DNA of 64,000 nt from Pseudomonadota bacterium (GTDB lineage Archaea > Thermoplasmatota > SW-10-69-26 > JACQPN01 > JAJPHT01). Location: assembly GCA_021325135.1 (NCBI GenBank), contig JAJPHT010000007.1:33776-97775 (forward strand), written 5' to 3'. The position numbers and the translations under genes were made by a program. The notes below the pieces were generated by a model. That model was given only the letters and a program-made list of their open reading frames with translations, had not been told where the DNA came from and did no database searches. Shown piece by piece: positions 9,842 to 19,426 of this stretch (position 1 is its first letter; each line of letters starts with the position of its first letter).

Positions 9842-11632
9842 ATGGGCTCGCTGCGGCGCGTCGGCAACATCGCCCTCGCCGAGGGGTTCCGCACCGGCGG
9901 CTCGTTCAACAAGAAGACCTCGCTGGCGCTCCTCGCCATCGGCGTGCTGACGAGCCTGCTCGTGCCGCAGCTTCTTCACCACGGCCTGGACTTCGACCGC
10001 GGCCTCTACCGCGTCGCCGTCGATCCGGGCTCGCCGCTGCTGCCGGCGGTGGAGGGCTCGCGCCTCTTCCGCGTCGTGGACGCGGACCCGGCCACCGCGC
10101 TGGAGCAGGGCAAGGCCGACCTCGTCATCAGCGTCTCCAGCGCCAGCGCGCTGGACGGCGCGAAGGGGGAGGCCGCGCTGGCCGCCCTCAAGCAGGCCGC
10201 GAAGGACTACACGTTCGCGGAGCTGACGCGCGAGAAGGACCAGGGCGCCGCGTTCCCCGTGCGCGTGGACCTCGCCTACGCGCAGCAGGCCCGCGCGGGG
10301 CAGACCAACGGCCTGCCCACGAGCCTCCCCGAGACACCCACGCCGACGCCCGCCGCGACGGGGGGCTCCACGGGCACCGTGAGCGGGGGCGGCTCCTCGT
10401 CGGGCGGGGCGGTGCCCGCCAACGCGCGCACCAGCGGCTTCGACCTGCTGCCGCCCGAGCGCAGCGTGAACACGCCCGAAACGCTATCACCCCCCTTCCC
10501 CTTCCGCTCGCTCCTCCTCGCGTATGCGTTCCTGATCCCCATGAACTTCGTCGTGCAGGTCTACGCCGGCAGCGCCATCGGCGAGCGGCTCGGCCGCAAG
10601 GGCGAGGCGCTCCTCGCGAGCCCCGCGCGCCCCTGGGAGATCATCGTGGGCAAGGCGCTGCCCTACTTCCTCCTCATGATGGGCGTGTGCGCCGGCATCG
10701 TGCTCTTCATCGGCGGCGGCTGGCTCTCGCTCCTCGCCGTGGCGCCCCTCGCCTACAGCTTCCTCGCGCTGGAGTTCGTCGCCGCGATGTTCGCGCGCAG
10801 CTTCCGCGAATTGACGTTCCTTACCGTCTTCACCAGCGTCCTCCTCACCATCTACGCGTTCCTGCCCGCGGTGTTCACCGAGGTCCACCCCATCGCGCTG
10901 ATCTCGCCCATCTCGCTCGTGGTCATGGACCTGCACCACGACCCGTGGACGTGGGGGCAGGTGCTCTACGCCACCGTGCCCCTCGCCCTCTTCAGCACGA
11001 TCCTCTACGTGCTGGGCGCCGCGCTCTACACCGAGGAGGACCTCTTCCACCAGAAGCCCGTGATGACCAAGGCCGTCGACATGCTCGCGCGCCAGGTGAA
11101 GGGCATGGGGAGCGCGATCAAGGTCCAGGTCATGCTCATCGCGGTGGTGCTCGTCGTCGAGCTTCTCCTCATGACGTTCCTCTTCGCGTGGCCCGTGCGC
11201 GTGGGCACCGTGGGCATCCTGCTGGCCGTCGCGCTCTGCGAGGAGTCGTTCAAGGGCCTGCCCAGCTACGCGGCGACCACGCGCGGCCTGCTGCCCTCCC
11301 GGCGCGCGTGGCTCTTCGGCGCGCTCGTGGGCCTGGGCTTCTTCCTCGCCGAGAAGGGCCTCCTGCTCCTCTCGCTCTCCGGCGTCATGGACATCCCCGC
11401 GGGGCAGGCCGTCTTCGGCACCTCGGGCGGCGCGGTCGCGGGCGCGGCGGGCCTCACGGTCCTGCTGCTCCTCATCGCCCCCCTGCTCCTGCACGTGGGC
11501 ACCGCGAGCCTCACCGGCTGGGGCGCGGGCAAGGGGCGCAGCACGTTCTTCGCCGCGTTCGCCCTCGCGGTCACGATCCACACCGTCTACAACCTCGCCG
11601 TCGTGACGCTCCTGGGAGGTGGCCTCCCATAG
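9842..11632 (+). CDS. ABC-2 permease with C-terminal PrsW-like domain
   Basis: Multiple TM helices; ER..R.GE.LLASP motif; EESFK, GLGFFLAE and H...N motifs of PrsW-like proteases. Confidence 0.8.
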   Translation: MGSLRRVGNIALAEGFRTGGSFNKKTSLALLAIGVLTSLLVPQLLHHGLDFDRGLYRVAVDPGSPLLPAVEGSRLFRVVDADPATALEQGKADLVISVSSASALDGAKGEAALAALKQAAKDYTFAELTREKDQGAAFPVRVDLAYAQQARAGQTNGLPTSLPETPTPTPAATGGSTGTVSGGGSSSGGAVPANARTSGFDLLPPERSVNTPETLSPPFPFRSLLLAYAFLIPMNFVVQVYAGSAIGERLGRKGEALLASPARPWEIIVGKALPYFLLMMGVCAGIVLFIGGGWLSLLAVAPLAYSFLALEFVAAMFARSFRELTFLTVFTSVLLTIYAFLPAVFTEVHPIALISPISLVVMDLHHDPWTWGQVLYATVPLALFSTILYVLGAALYTEEDLFHQKPVMTKAVDMLARQVKGMGSAIKVQVMLIAVVLVVELLLMTFLFAWPVRVGTVGILLAVALCEESFKGLPSYAATTRGLLPSRRAWLFGALVGLGFFLAEKGLLLLSLSGVMDIPAGQAVFGTSGGAVAGAAGLTVLLLLIAPLLLHVGTASLTGWGAGKGRSTFFAAFALAVTIHTVYNLAVVTLLGGGLP

Positions 11633-12723
11633 CCAAGCCCCGCTGGGTCGTCGCAGGCAAGGAGCTCCGCGGCGTCTTCACCGAGCGCACGATCCTCCTG
11701 GCGGTCGTGATCCAGGTCATCGTCGCGGGCTTCAGCAGCTTCCTCGTCGTGGGCCTCTCCGCCCTCGTGGACCCCGCCTCCTTCCCCTCCAGCGCGCAGG
11801 CGACGGTCGCCCTGGGCCCCAGCGCCATGAACGACTCGCTCCTGCGCGCGCACCTCAGCGACGCGGGGCTCGGCTTCGTCCCGGCCCAGAGCGACGCCGA
11901 CGCGCTGGTCATGTTCCGCCAGCACGACGTCGACGGCGCCATTTTGCTATCGCCGCCCGATCCGCCCAATCCCGACGGCACGCTCAACCCCGTGAAGCTC
12001 TCCGTCACGCTCCCCGAGGCGGACATCCGCACCACCATCACGCTCGTCCAGGTGAAGAACGCCCTCGAAGGCTACGAGCGCGACCTGCGCGCGCAGCACC
12101 AGGACCGGCTCCAGTTCGACCCCGTGTACGTGCAGAACGACGCGAAGGCGGGCTCGTACTCGTTCGTCTACTCGCTGCTCATCCCGCTGCTCGTGTTCCT
12201 GCCGGTGATCCTCAGCGGCGCGCTCTGCGCGGACAGCCTCACCGAGGAGGTGCAGCGCAAGACGCTCCCCATCCTCCTGGCGAGCCCCGCGACGCCCGCG
12301 GACGTCGTGGAGGGGAAGCTCCTCGCCAACGTCGCCGTGGCGCCGCTCCTGGCCGCCGCGTGGTTCGTCCTCCTGGGGCTCAACCGCCTCGCCGTGCCGG
12401 TCCTGGGCGCCGTGGGCATCCTGCTCCTCGCCACCGCCATCGCCTACGTCCTGGGCCTCCTCGCGTGCGCCATCGCGCTGGCCACGCGCGACCGCAACAA
12501 GGCGCACGTCACCTACGCCAGCGCGATGTTCCTCCTCCTGGGCCTCTCGCTTGCGCTGCCCGTCTCGCCCGTGAACGCCGTGGCCCTCCTCGCCTCGGGC
12601 AGCGCGGACGCGGGCGCGTGGACGGTGGTGCTGGGCTTCTGCGCCGCGGCCGTGATCGGCAGCCTGGGCCTTCGGCTGGGCCTGCGCCGCAGCGCGCAGT
12701 GGATGGCGGCGGGCACGGCGTAG
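11629..12723 (+). CDS. ABC-2 permease (start appears to be ATA)
   Basis: WVVAGKELR N-terminus; DSLTEEVQRKTL..LLASP..GK; GGAGGTG RBS upstream of ATA at 11629. Confidence 0.8.
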   Translation: MAKPRWVVAGKELRGVFTERTILLAVVIQVIVAGFSSFLVVGLSALVDPASFPSSAQATVALGPSAMNDSLLRAHLSDAGLGFVPAQSDADALVMFRQHDVDGAILLSPPDPPNPDGTLNPVKLSVTLPEADIRTTITLVQVKNALEGYERDLRAQHQDRLQFDPVYVQNDAKAGSYSFVYSLLIPLLVFLPVILSGALCADSLTEEVQRKTLPILLASPATPADVVEGKLLANVAVAPLLAAAWFVLLGLNRLAVPVLGAVGILLLATAIAYVLGLLACAIALATRDRNKAHVTYASAMFLLLGLSLALPVSPVNAVALLASGSADAGAWTVVLGFCAAAVIGSLGLRLGLRRSAQWMAAGTA

Positions 12724-12769
12724 CCGATTCGGGCAAAGCATCAAAACGCTGGAGCCGCGTCTTCCGCGC

Positions 12770-13816
12770 GTGCCCGTCCTGGAAGCCCTCGGCGCGGCGG
12801 TCCCCGCCCACCGCACGCCGCAGGCCGAGGTGAAGGCGAAGGCCGCCGAGGTGCTCAGCGCCCTCGCGCCCGAGCTGGTGGAGAAGCTCTCCGTCTTTGA
12901 TAGCACCGGCATCCGGGAGCGCTTCTTTGTGCGCCCCATGGACTGGTACCTGGAGACGCACGGCTGGGGCGAGCGCGCGGCCGTCTTCCGCGAGGAGGGC
13001 ACCGCCATGCTGGAGCGCGCGACGCGCGAGGCGCTGGACGCGGCGGGCCTGCGCGCCAGCGACGTCGACGGGATCGTCCTCGTCTGCACGACGGGCATCG
13101 CGACGCCCAGCCTGGACGCGCGCCTCGCGAACCGGCTCGGCCTGGACGCGGCCGTGCAGCGCGTCCCCGTCTTCGGCCTGGGCTGCGCGGGCGGCGTCGC
13201 GGGCCTCAACCTCGCCGACGACCTCGCGCGGGCGCACCCCTCGAAGCGCTTCCTGCTCCTCTCGCTGGAGACGTGCAGCCTCGCGTTCAACCTTACCGAC
13301 ATGTCCGTGCGCGCGTTCGTGGCGACGACGCTCTTCGGCGACGGCTGCGCGGCGGCCCTCGTCCGCGGCGACGCGCTGGAGGGCCCCTCGCTGGGCCGGC
13401 TGCGCCGCGGCATGAGCCACCAGTGGCGCGACAGCGAGGACGTCATGGGGTGGGACGTGCTGGACGAGGGCCTGCGCGTCGTCTTCTCCCGCCGCATCCC
13501 CGAGATCGTGCAGACGCAGCTCGCCCCCGTCGTGGAGCGATATCTCAAGCGCGAGGAGGCCGCGCCCGGCCGCTGGGCGCTCCACCCTGGAGGGACGAAG
13601 GTGCTGGAGGCCTACGAGGCCGCGCTCAAGCTCGGGCTCGGCGCGCTGGCGGAGAGCCGCGACGTGCTGCGCGACTTCGGCAACATGTCGAGCCCCACGG
13701 CCCTCTTCGTGCTGCGCGAGTCGCTGCGCCGCCGCGCGCTGGCGCCGGGCGAGACGGCGCTCCTCGCCGCGCTGGGCCCCGGGTTCACCGCGGAGATGGG
13801 CCTCGTCGAGGGGTGA
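12770..13816 (+). CDS. Type III polyketide synthase (BpsA/SrsA-like)
   Basis: Catalytic triad GLGCAGG, HPGG, GNMSS; LFGDG; GPGF. Confidence 0.92.
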   Translation: MPVLEALGAAVPAHRTPQAEVKAKAAEVLSALAPELVEKLSVFDSTGIRERFFVRPMDWYLETHGWGERAAVFREEGTAMLERATREALDAAGLRASDVDGIVLVCTTGIATPSLDARLANRLGLDAAVQRVPVFGLGCAGGVAGLNLADDLARAHPSKRFLLLSLETCSLAFNLTDMSVRAFVATTLFGDGCAAALVRGDALEGPSLGRLRRGMSHQWRDSEDVMGWDVLDEGLRVVFSRRIPEIVQTQLAPVVERYLKREEAAPGRWALHPGGTKVLEAYEAALKLGLGALAESRDVLRDFGNMSSPTALFVLRESLRRRALAPGETALLAALGPGFTAEMGLVEG

Positions 13817-13819
13817 GGC

Positions 13820-14332
13820 GTGCCCTCGCCCCTGCTGGCCGCCGTGCTGCTGCTCCTGGGCGCCGAGCGCCTCGCCGAGCTGGCCCTCCACCGACGCCAC
13901 TCGCGCTGGCTGGCCGCGCACGGCGCGCGCTGGCACCGGCCCGACGGGTTCGGCCTCCTCGTCGCCACGCAGGCCGTCCTCCTGGCGGGGCTCGTCGTGG
14001 AAGGGGGGTTCGCGCCATGGGCCGGCGTGGGGGCTTGGACGTGGCCGCTTCTCGCCGTGGCCCTCCTCGCGCAGGGGCTCCGCTACTGGGCCATCGGCAC
14101 GCTGGGGCCTCGCTGGAGCGTCCGCGTCGTGACCCTCCCCGGCGCCGACCGCATCGTGCGGGGCCCCTACCGCTTCTTCCCGCACCCCAACTACGCCGCC
14201 GTCATGGCGGAGTCCCTGGTCCTCCCCCTGGCGTTCGGCGCGTGGGCGACCGCGATCGTGCTGACCCCCTTGACGCTCCTCGCGCTGGTCCGCCGCATCC
14301 GCCTTGAGGAGGCCGCCCTGTCCGACGCATAG
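13820..14332 (+). CDS. ICMT-family methyltransferase (BpsB/SrsB-like)
   Basis: LRYWAI.TLG..W, GPYRFF.HPNY, RI..EE. Confidence 0.9.
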   Translation: MPSPLLAAVLLLLGAERLAELALHRRHSRWLAAHGARWHRPDGFGLLVATQAVLLAGLVVEGGFAPWAGVGAWTWPLLAVALLAQGLRYWAIGTLGPRWSVRVVTLPGADRIVRGPYRFFPHPNYAAVMAESLVLPLAFGAWATAIVLTPLTLLALVRRIRLEEAALSDA

Positions 14333-14622
14333 GCGGTCACGAAAACCCTGATCTACCCAAGGCCCCCCTTGCGCCCTGGCAACGCGCGACACGCGGATCC
14401 CCCTTGGTCTTGGGAGGCTCGAGGTCCGGACCCGCCGATCCCTCGCCGCGACTGCCCCCGGCCCGCGCTCCTGCGCGGGCCCTTCCTTTCCCGCAGGCCC
14501 CCGGCTGCGCCACCGTGGCCCGCGACGCAACGAGGCGGCCGGGCGCGTCCCGTTTCAAAATGCGAACGGCTAAATCCGACCGCGGCGGATCAGCCCGCAC
14601 CACCAAGGGATGGGTGCACCAG

Positions 14623-14874
14623 ATGAAGCTCCTCGCGACCGATATCCGCGGCAAGACCGTCATGTCCGACGACGGCACGATGCTGGGCCGCCTTCGCAAC
14701 GTCACCGCCAACGAGCGCACCGGCGAGCTCGCCGAGGTCCTCGTCGAGCCCGCCGACGACGTCGACCCCCGCCTCTTCAAGCGCGACAACCGCGGCTACG
14801 TCGTCTTCCCGTTCGAGAACGTCAAGTCGATCCGCGACGTGATCGTCGTCTCGACCTACCAGCCCGGGTTCTGA
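14623..14874 (+). CDS. PRC-barrel protein
   Basis: GKTVMSDDG.MLG.L.NV...TGEL...V.SIRDVIVV. Confidence 0.88.
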   Translation: MKLLATDIRGKTVMSDDGTMLGRLRNVTANERTGELAEVLVEPADDVDPRLFKRDNRGYVVFPFENVKSIRDVIVVSTYQPGF

Positions 14875-15033
14875 GCCCGCTGGATCGCCTTCTGCGCGAC
14901 GCGCCTCCGGGGCGCGCGCAGCGGGCCCCACGTCCGCGCAGCCCGGAGACGGAGCGAACCTCCGGATGACGCGGCGGGGCCCGCCTTCTTCCTTCTCCAG
15001 AAAAGCTATCCTGGGCGCAGCCGCTGGCCCGCC

Positions 15034-15960
15034 ATGCCTTCCCGCCGCGCCATCGTGCTTGACGAGATCGAGCGCTGGCGCGCCGAAGGGCTCCTGGACG
15101 AGGCAACGTATGACCGGCTGCGCTGGCGCGCCTCCGGCATGCCCGAGGAGCCTGAGGAGGACCGCGCCTCCTTCGGCCTCCAGGCGCTCCAGCTCGTGGG
15201 CGGCCTGCTCCTGGGCGCCGCGGCCGTCGCGCTGATGCTGGTCCTGCACTACCAGCGCGACGCGGGCGCCATCCTCCTCGACGGCATCGCCGCGGCCGCC
15301 CTCGCGGGCGGGCTCGCGCTCCAGCGCGCGGGCGGCGAGCGGCAGACGGGCCTCGCGGACGCCGCCTGCGCGGCGGGCCTCGTGGCGGCGGGCGTCGCGG
15401 CGTTCTTCCCCGACGAGCGCGTCACCTGGGCCGCGTGGGTGGGCGCCGCGCTGGCCCTCGTCGCGACGTTCGCCTCCCGCGGCCGCACGCCCGTCGTGGC
15501 GCTGGCCTCGGTCGCGTTCGCCGTGGCCACCGGCCGCGCGACGATGCCCTTCGACGCGAGCCTGCTCCACGCCGCGTGGTGGGTCGCCAGCGCGGCCTAC
15601 GTCGGCCTGCTCCTCTCCCTGTGGCGCCACGAAGGGTGGACCAGCGTGGCCCTCGCCGCGCAGGTCGTCCCCCTCACCATCTCGGTGATGCGGCTCCTGG
15701 ACGACGCGGGCGTCCACGGCTCGGTCTCCACGGAGCTTGGCGTGGGCGCGTTCCTCGCGCTGGTCCTGGGCGTCGGCATCGCCCTGGCGGAGCGCGGCCT
15801 CGTCGCCGGCGCCGCCGCGGGCCTGCTCATCGACGCCATCGTCTTCGCCTTCGACGTGGGCGGCGCCATGACGGCCCTCCTCGTGCTCCTGGCGCTGGGC
15901 GGCCTGCTCGTGTGGCAGGCGCAGGTCCTGAGGGGCTGGTTCAGGCGCCGGGCGGCGTAG
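15034..15960 (+). CDS. DUF2157-like membrane protein
   Basis: EIERWRAEGLLD N-terminus followed by many TM helices. Confidence 0.7.
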   Translation: MPSRRAIVLDEIERWRAEGLLDEATYDRLRWRASGMPEEPEEDRASFGLQALQLVGGLLLGAAAVALMLVLHYQRDAGAILLDGIAAAALAGGLALQRAGGERQTGLADAACAAGLVAAGVAAFFPDERVTWAAWVGAALALVATFASRGRTPVVALASVAFAVATGRATMPFDASLLHAAWWVASAAYVGLLLSLWRHEGWTSVALAAQVVPLTISVMRLLDDAGVHGSVSTELGVGAFLALVLGVGIALAERGLVAGAAAGLLIDAIVFAFDVGGAMTALLVLLALGGLLVWQAQVLRGWFRRRAA

Positions 15961-15998
15961 GCGAAGCGCTTTCTCCACGGAGCGCCCATCGCCAGGCG

Positions 15999-17459
15999 TT
16001 GCGCCGCAAGGCCCTGCTCCTGACGAGCCGCCCCGACACGGCCGAGATGGAGGAGCTCATCTTCGCGCTGGGCGCCGACCTCGCCGGCACCGTGCTCCAG
16101 AAGCGACCCCAGCCCGACCCCCAGCTCTACCTGGGCCGCGGCAAGGTGGAGGAAGCCGCGCAGGCGTTCGTGGGCCTGGGCGCCGACCTCGTGGTGGTCA
16201 ACGCCGCGCTCAAGCCCAGCCAGATCTTCAACCTCCAGCAGGCCTTCACCGACGAGGCGCGCTCGCGCGGCAAGACCGACGTGGAGCGCGTCGACGTCTA
16301 CGACCGCACGCGGCTCATCCTGGAGATCTTCCGTGAGCGGGCGCGCAGCCCCGAGGCGCGCCTCCAGGTGGAGCTGGCCACGCTCCAGTACGAGATGCCC
16401 CTCGTCAAGGAGGCCATCAACCTGGAAAAGAAGGGCGAGCGCCAGGCGGCCATGTTCGGCGGCGGCCAGTACGGCGTCAACGAGTACCACGACATGATGA
16501 AGCGCCGCATGGTGCGCATCCGCCGCGACCTGGACAAGATGCGCGGCGAGCGCGCGCTGCGCCGCAAGCACCGCCGCCGCGGCGGCTTCCACCTCGTCTC
16601 CCTCGCGGGCTACACCAACGCGGGCAAGTCCAGCCTGCTCAAGGCGCTCTCGCAGCGGCACACGCTCGTGGAGAACCGCTACTTCTCCACGCTCTCCACG
16701 AAGACGTCCCGCGCGCAGAGCGAGAAGCGCGAGATCCTCGTCACCGACACGGTGGGCTTCATCGAGGACCTTCCCCCCTGGATGGTGGAGGCGTTCCACT
16801 CCACGCTGGAGGAGATCGCGCTGGCGGACGTGATCCTGCTCGTGGTGGACGCCAGCGACCCCGTGGACGAGATGGCCCGCCGCCTGCGCAGCAGCCTGCG
16901 CATCCTCTGGGAGTTCGGGGGCGAAGGCGGCGGGGAGACGGCCGCCGTGGCGTCGCCCGGCGCGAACGCCCCCCTGGCGCTGCCGTTCCGACGCGGCCTG
17001 GCGCCCATCGTCGTCGCCCTCAACAAGGCGGACAAGGTCGAGCCCGCCGAGGCCCAGGCCAAGGAGGATGCGCTTCGCGAGATGGGCCTGCTGGACCCCG
17101 CGAGGACGGTGCGCGTCTCGGCGCGGACGCGCGAAGGCCTGGACGCCCTCTACGCGCGCCTCTACGAGCTCATCCCCGACTACGACGAGTACGAGGTGGC
17201 GCTGCCCGCTTCGCCAGAGTCCGAGTCGCTCATCGCCTGGATCCACGACCGCGCCGACGTGCTGGACCTCACGCGCGGCAGCGAGGTGCACCTCCACTTC
17301 GAGGCCAAGCGCAGCCTGAGGAGCACGCTGCTGGCCCGCATCTCGGCCGCCGGCGGAGCGCCTCTGCGCGAGGTCCAGCGGCTGGGCTTCGGGGGCGAGG
17401 AGGCCGATCCCCCCTCGAAGGACGCCGGGTCCTCGGATGCCCCGAGTGGCGGGACCTGA
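15999..17459 (+). CDS. hflX: GTPase HflX
   Basis: LG.GK.EE, LILEIF..RA, GYTNAGKSS, DTVGFI, NKAD; TTG start inferred. Confidence 0.93.
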   Translation: MRRKALLLTSRPDTAEMEELIFALGADLAGTVLQKRPQPDPQLYLGRGKVEEAAQAFVGLGADLVVVNAALKPSQIFNLQQAFTDEARSRGKTDVERVDVYDRTRLILEIFRERARSPEARLQVELATLQYEMPLVKEAINLEKKGERQAAMFGGGQYGVNEYHDMMKRRMVRIRRDLDKMRGERALRRKHRRRGGFHLVSLAGYTNAGKSSLLKALSQRHTLVENRYFSTLSTKTSRAQSEKREILVTDTVGFIEDLPPWMVEAFHSTLEEIALADVILLVVDASDPVDEMARRLRSSLRILWEFGGEGGGETAAVASPGANAPLALPFRRGLAPIVVALNKADKVEPAEAQAKEDALREMGLLDPARTVRVSARTREGLDALYARLYELIPDYDEYEVALPASPESESLIAWIHDRADVLDLTRGSEVHLHFEAKRSLRSTLLARISAAGGAPLREVQRLGFGGEEADPPSKDAGSSDAPSGGT

Positions 17460-17811
17460 GACGCCGCCTCTCGCCTGAGCGCACCCTCCAGGACCCCAAC
17501 CCCTTGGCTTCGGCTGGAGGGAGTGGAGAGGGCGCTCGAAGCCGGTTCGCGAGGTCCGCGACTTCGATGGAGGAACTGGATCGGGGAAGCTTGCCGCCCT
17601 GGCCCGCCGATCCTCGCGACCTTTTCTCCAGGCCCGGCATGTCAGGTCGTCACCCGTCGTGACCATACGTGCTGAGCATCGTCGATTCGCCTCGCATGCT
17701 TCGGAATCATCAAGTATCATGAGTTGCTTAGCTTCAATGGCTTTCTTTCGAGGTGGGAGAAGGAGACAGGAGGTCTCCTCTTCCGATCCCCCTTCCAACC
17801 GAAGCCAGGGG

Positions 17812-18033
17812 GTGGGGGTCCTGGGTGGTGAGGAGGCCTCGCCTCCCGGGGCTCACGGGTCGAGGGTTTCTCTTGCGATCCTTGGCAAGGCACCAGCAAC
17901 AGGATTGCTGCTTGCCCAAGGAGCGATCCATGCTTCCCCTGGGGGTGGCGCGTAAGCGCAGGCTCCTGGCTGCAGGGCAAGGTTCCCCGGGCGGCGGCCG
18001 CGGGGAGGGCGTGGCCTAGACCCCACGCTTTTT
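17812..18033 (+). ncRNA. Candidate structured RNA (unassigned)
   Basis: 5' GTGGGGGTCCTGGG complementary to 3' CCTAGACCCCAC followed by T5; long internal hairpin; no credible ORF. Confidence 0.4.
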
Positions 18034-18092
18034 GTCGGGGAACGCCTCATCCTCCATGCTGGGCGTTTGAGCCTGGGGCATTTGGAATCCTC

Positions 18093-18830
18093 ATGCGCGT
18101 CGCGATCCTTTCCGACCTCCACGCCAACATGGAGGCGCTCACCGCCACGCTCAAGGACGTCGGCGAGCGGCGCACCGACGAGGTCTGGTGCCTCGGCGAC
18201 CTGGTGGGCTACGGCGGCGCGCCCCAGGCCGTCTTGGACGCCATCGAGGCGCGCACGCGCACCATCGTCAAGGGCAACCACGACCACGCCGTCGCCACCG
18301 GCGAGGTGGACGGCTTCAACCCCATGGCGGCATCGGCCGCGCGCCTGCACGCGCAGATGCTCACGCCCCCCGAGCGGGCCCGCCTCTACGCGCTGCCCAC
18401 CACGCTCACGCGCCACGTCGGCGCGGTCGAGGTGCTTCTCGCGCACGGCAGCCCCGACGACCCCATCCACGAGTACGTGAGGCCCGAGGACGCGCCCGAA
18501 GGGCAGCGGCGCTGGACCGGCCTCGCGGACGTCATCCTCCTGGGCCACACGCACCTGCCCTTCGCGGCGCTCCCTCGCGGCGGCGCGTGGAAGGCGGAGG
18601 GGTTCGCCGAGGGCCGGCCCGGAGCCCCCGAGGCCCCCCTCGTCGTGAACCCGGGCTCCGTGGGCCAGCCGCGCGACGGCGACTCCCGCGCCTCCTACGC
18701 CGTGCTGGACTTCGCGCGCCGCACCGTCGAGCTGCATCGCGTCGCCTACGACGTGGAGAGCGCCGCGCAGGCCATCCGCCGCGCGGGCCTCGACCACGCG
18801 CTCGCGCTGCGCCTCTTCCGCGGCCGGTGA
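18093..18830 (+). CDS. Metallophosphoesterase
   Basis: DLHAN, GDLVGYG, GNHD, GHTH, NPGSVGQPRDG. Confidence 0.93.
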   Translation: MRVAILSDLHANMEALTATLKDVGERRTDEVWCLGDLVGYGGAPQAVLDAIEARTRTIVKGNHDHAVATGEVDGFNPMAASAARLHAQMLTPPERARLYALPTTLTRHVGAVEVLLAHGSPDDPIHEYVRPEDAPEGQRRWTGLADVILLGHTHLPFAALPRGGAWKAEGFAEGRPGAPEAPLVVNPGSVGQPRDGDSRASYAVLDFARRTVELHRVAYDVESAAQAIRRAGLDHALALRLFRGR

Positions 18831-18831
18831 G

Positions 18832-19050
18832 CTACCAGTCGTTGTTCATCCGCGGATCGCGCGCCCGCGCCTGCTGCCGCCTCCGCGCGGCGCGCGTGGC
18901 CTTCTCCTCCGGGCTGGCCTCCCCGCGCGCCTGGGGCATGCTCCGCACGGCGGCCGCCGCGAGCGCGCGCTCCCGGTGGGGCGCGGCGCCCACGCAGGGT
19001 TCGCCCGCCGCGGCGCGGCAGCGGGGGCAGGTCACGCCAAGGGGCTCCAT
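18832..19050 (-). CDS. Small zinc-finger protein
   Basis: CPRC.A..GEPC...H..R motif. Confidence 0.6.
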   Translation of the reverse strand: MEPLGVTCPRCRAAAGEPCVGAAPHRERALAAAAVRSMPQARGEASPEEKATRAARRRQQARARDPRMNNDW

Positions 19051-19080
19051 GGGAACGCTCCGCTAGAGGAAAGGGGAGTG

Positions 19081-19330
19081 AAAAAAGGGACGGCGCGCGG
19101 AGGCGCGCCGGTACCCGCACGCGCGAGCGCGCGCGGGATGCCAAGGAACGAGGGCCGTGGGACGAGCTTCGAGAGCCCGCCCGGACCGATCACCAGTTGG
19201 TGCTGACGGAAGCGGGCGGCCTCAGGCGGGGTCGAAGCGGCCCCGATTGTAGCGGCTTTCCTTGGCGGGTCGAGTCAGGGTACGATTGTCGTCGTGCAGT
19301 TCGCCACCTCCAGAAGTATCCGATCCGTCG
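19081..19330 (-). ncRNA. Candidate rod-like structured RNA
   Basis: Nested complementary segments across the whole interval; T6 at the 3' end; AT-rich box upstream. Confidence 0.5.
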
Positions 19331-19426
19331 GACGGACCGATTGTGGCGCGGATGGATATTGAAGGTTCTGCTTGTGGCGGGCGACCCGGAAGCTCCAAGA
19401 CCCCGCGCCGCGCCTTCGCGCTCGCC

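Noticed and set aside
14335-14560. Possible ncRNA between the methyltransferase and PRC-barrel genes
   Set aside because: Only one clear GC hairpin and no convincing closing stem; expected by chance at this GC content.
17812-19330. SRP RNA or RNase P RNA for the two structured regions
   Set aside because: No helix-8 CAGG..GGAA..AGCA stem-loop and no GAGGAA[AC]xUCC/ACAGAA P4 motifs were seen on either strand.
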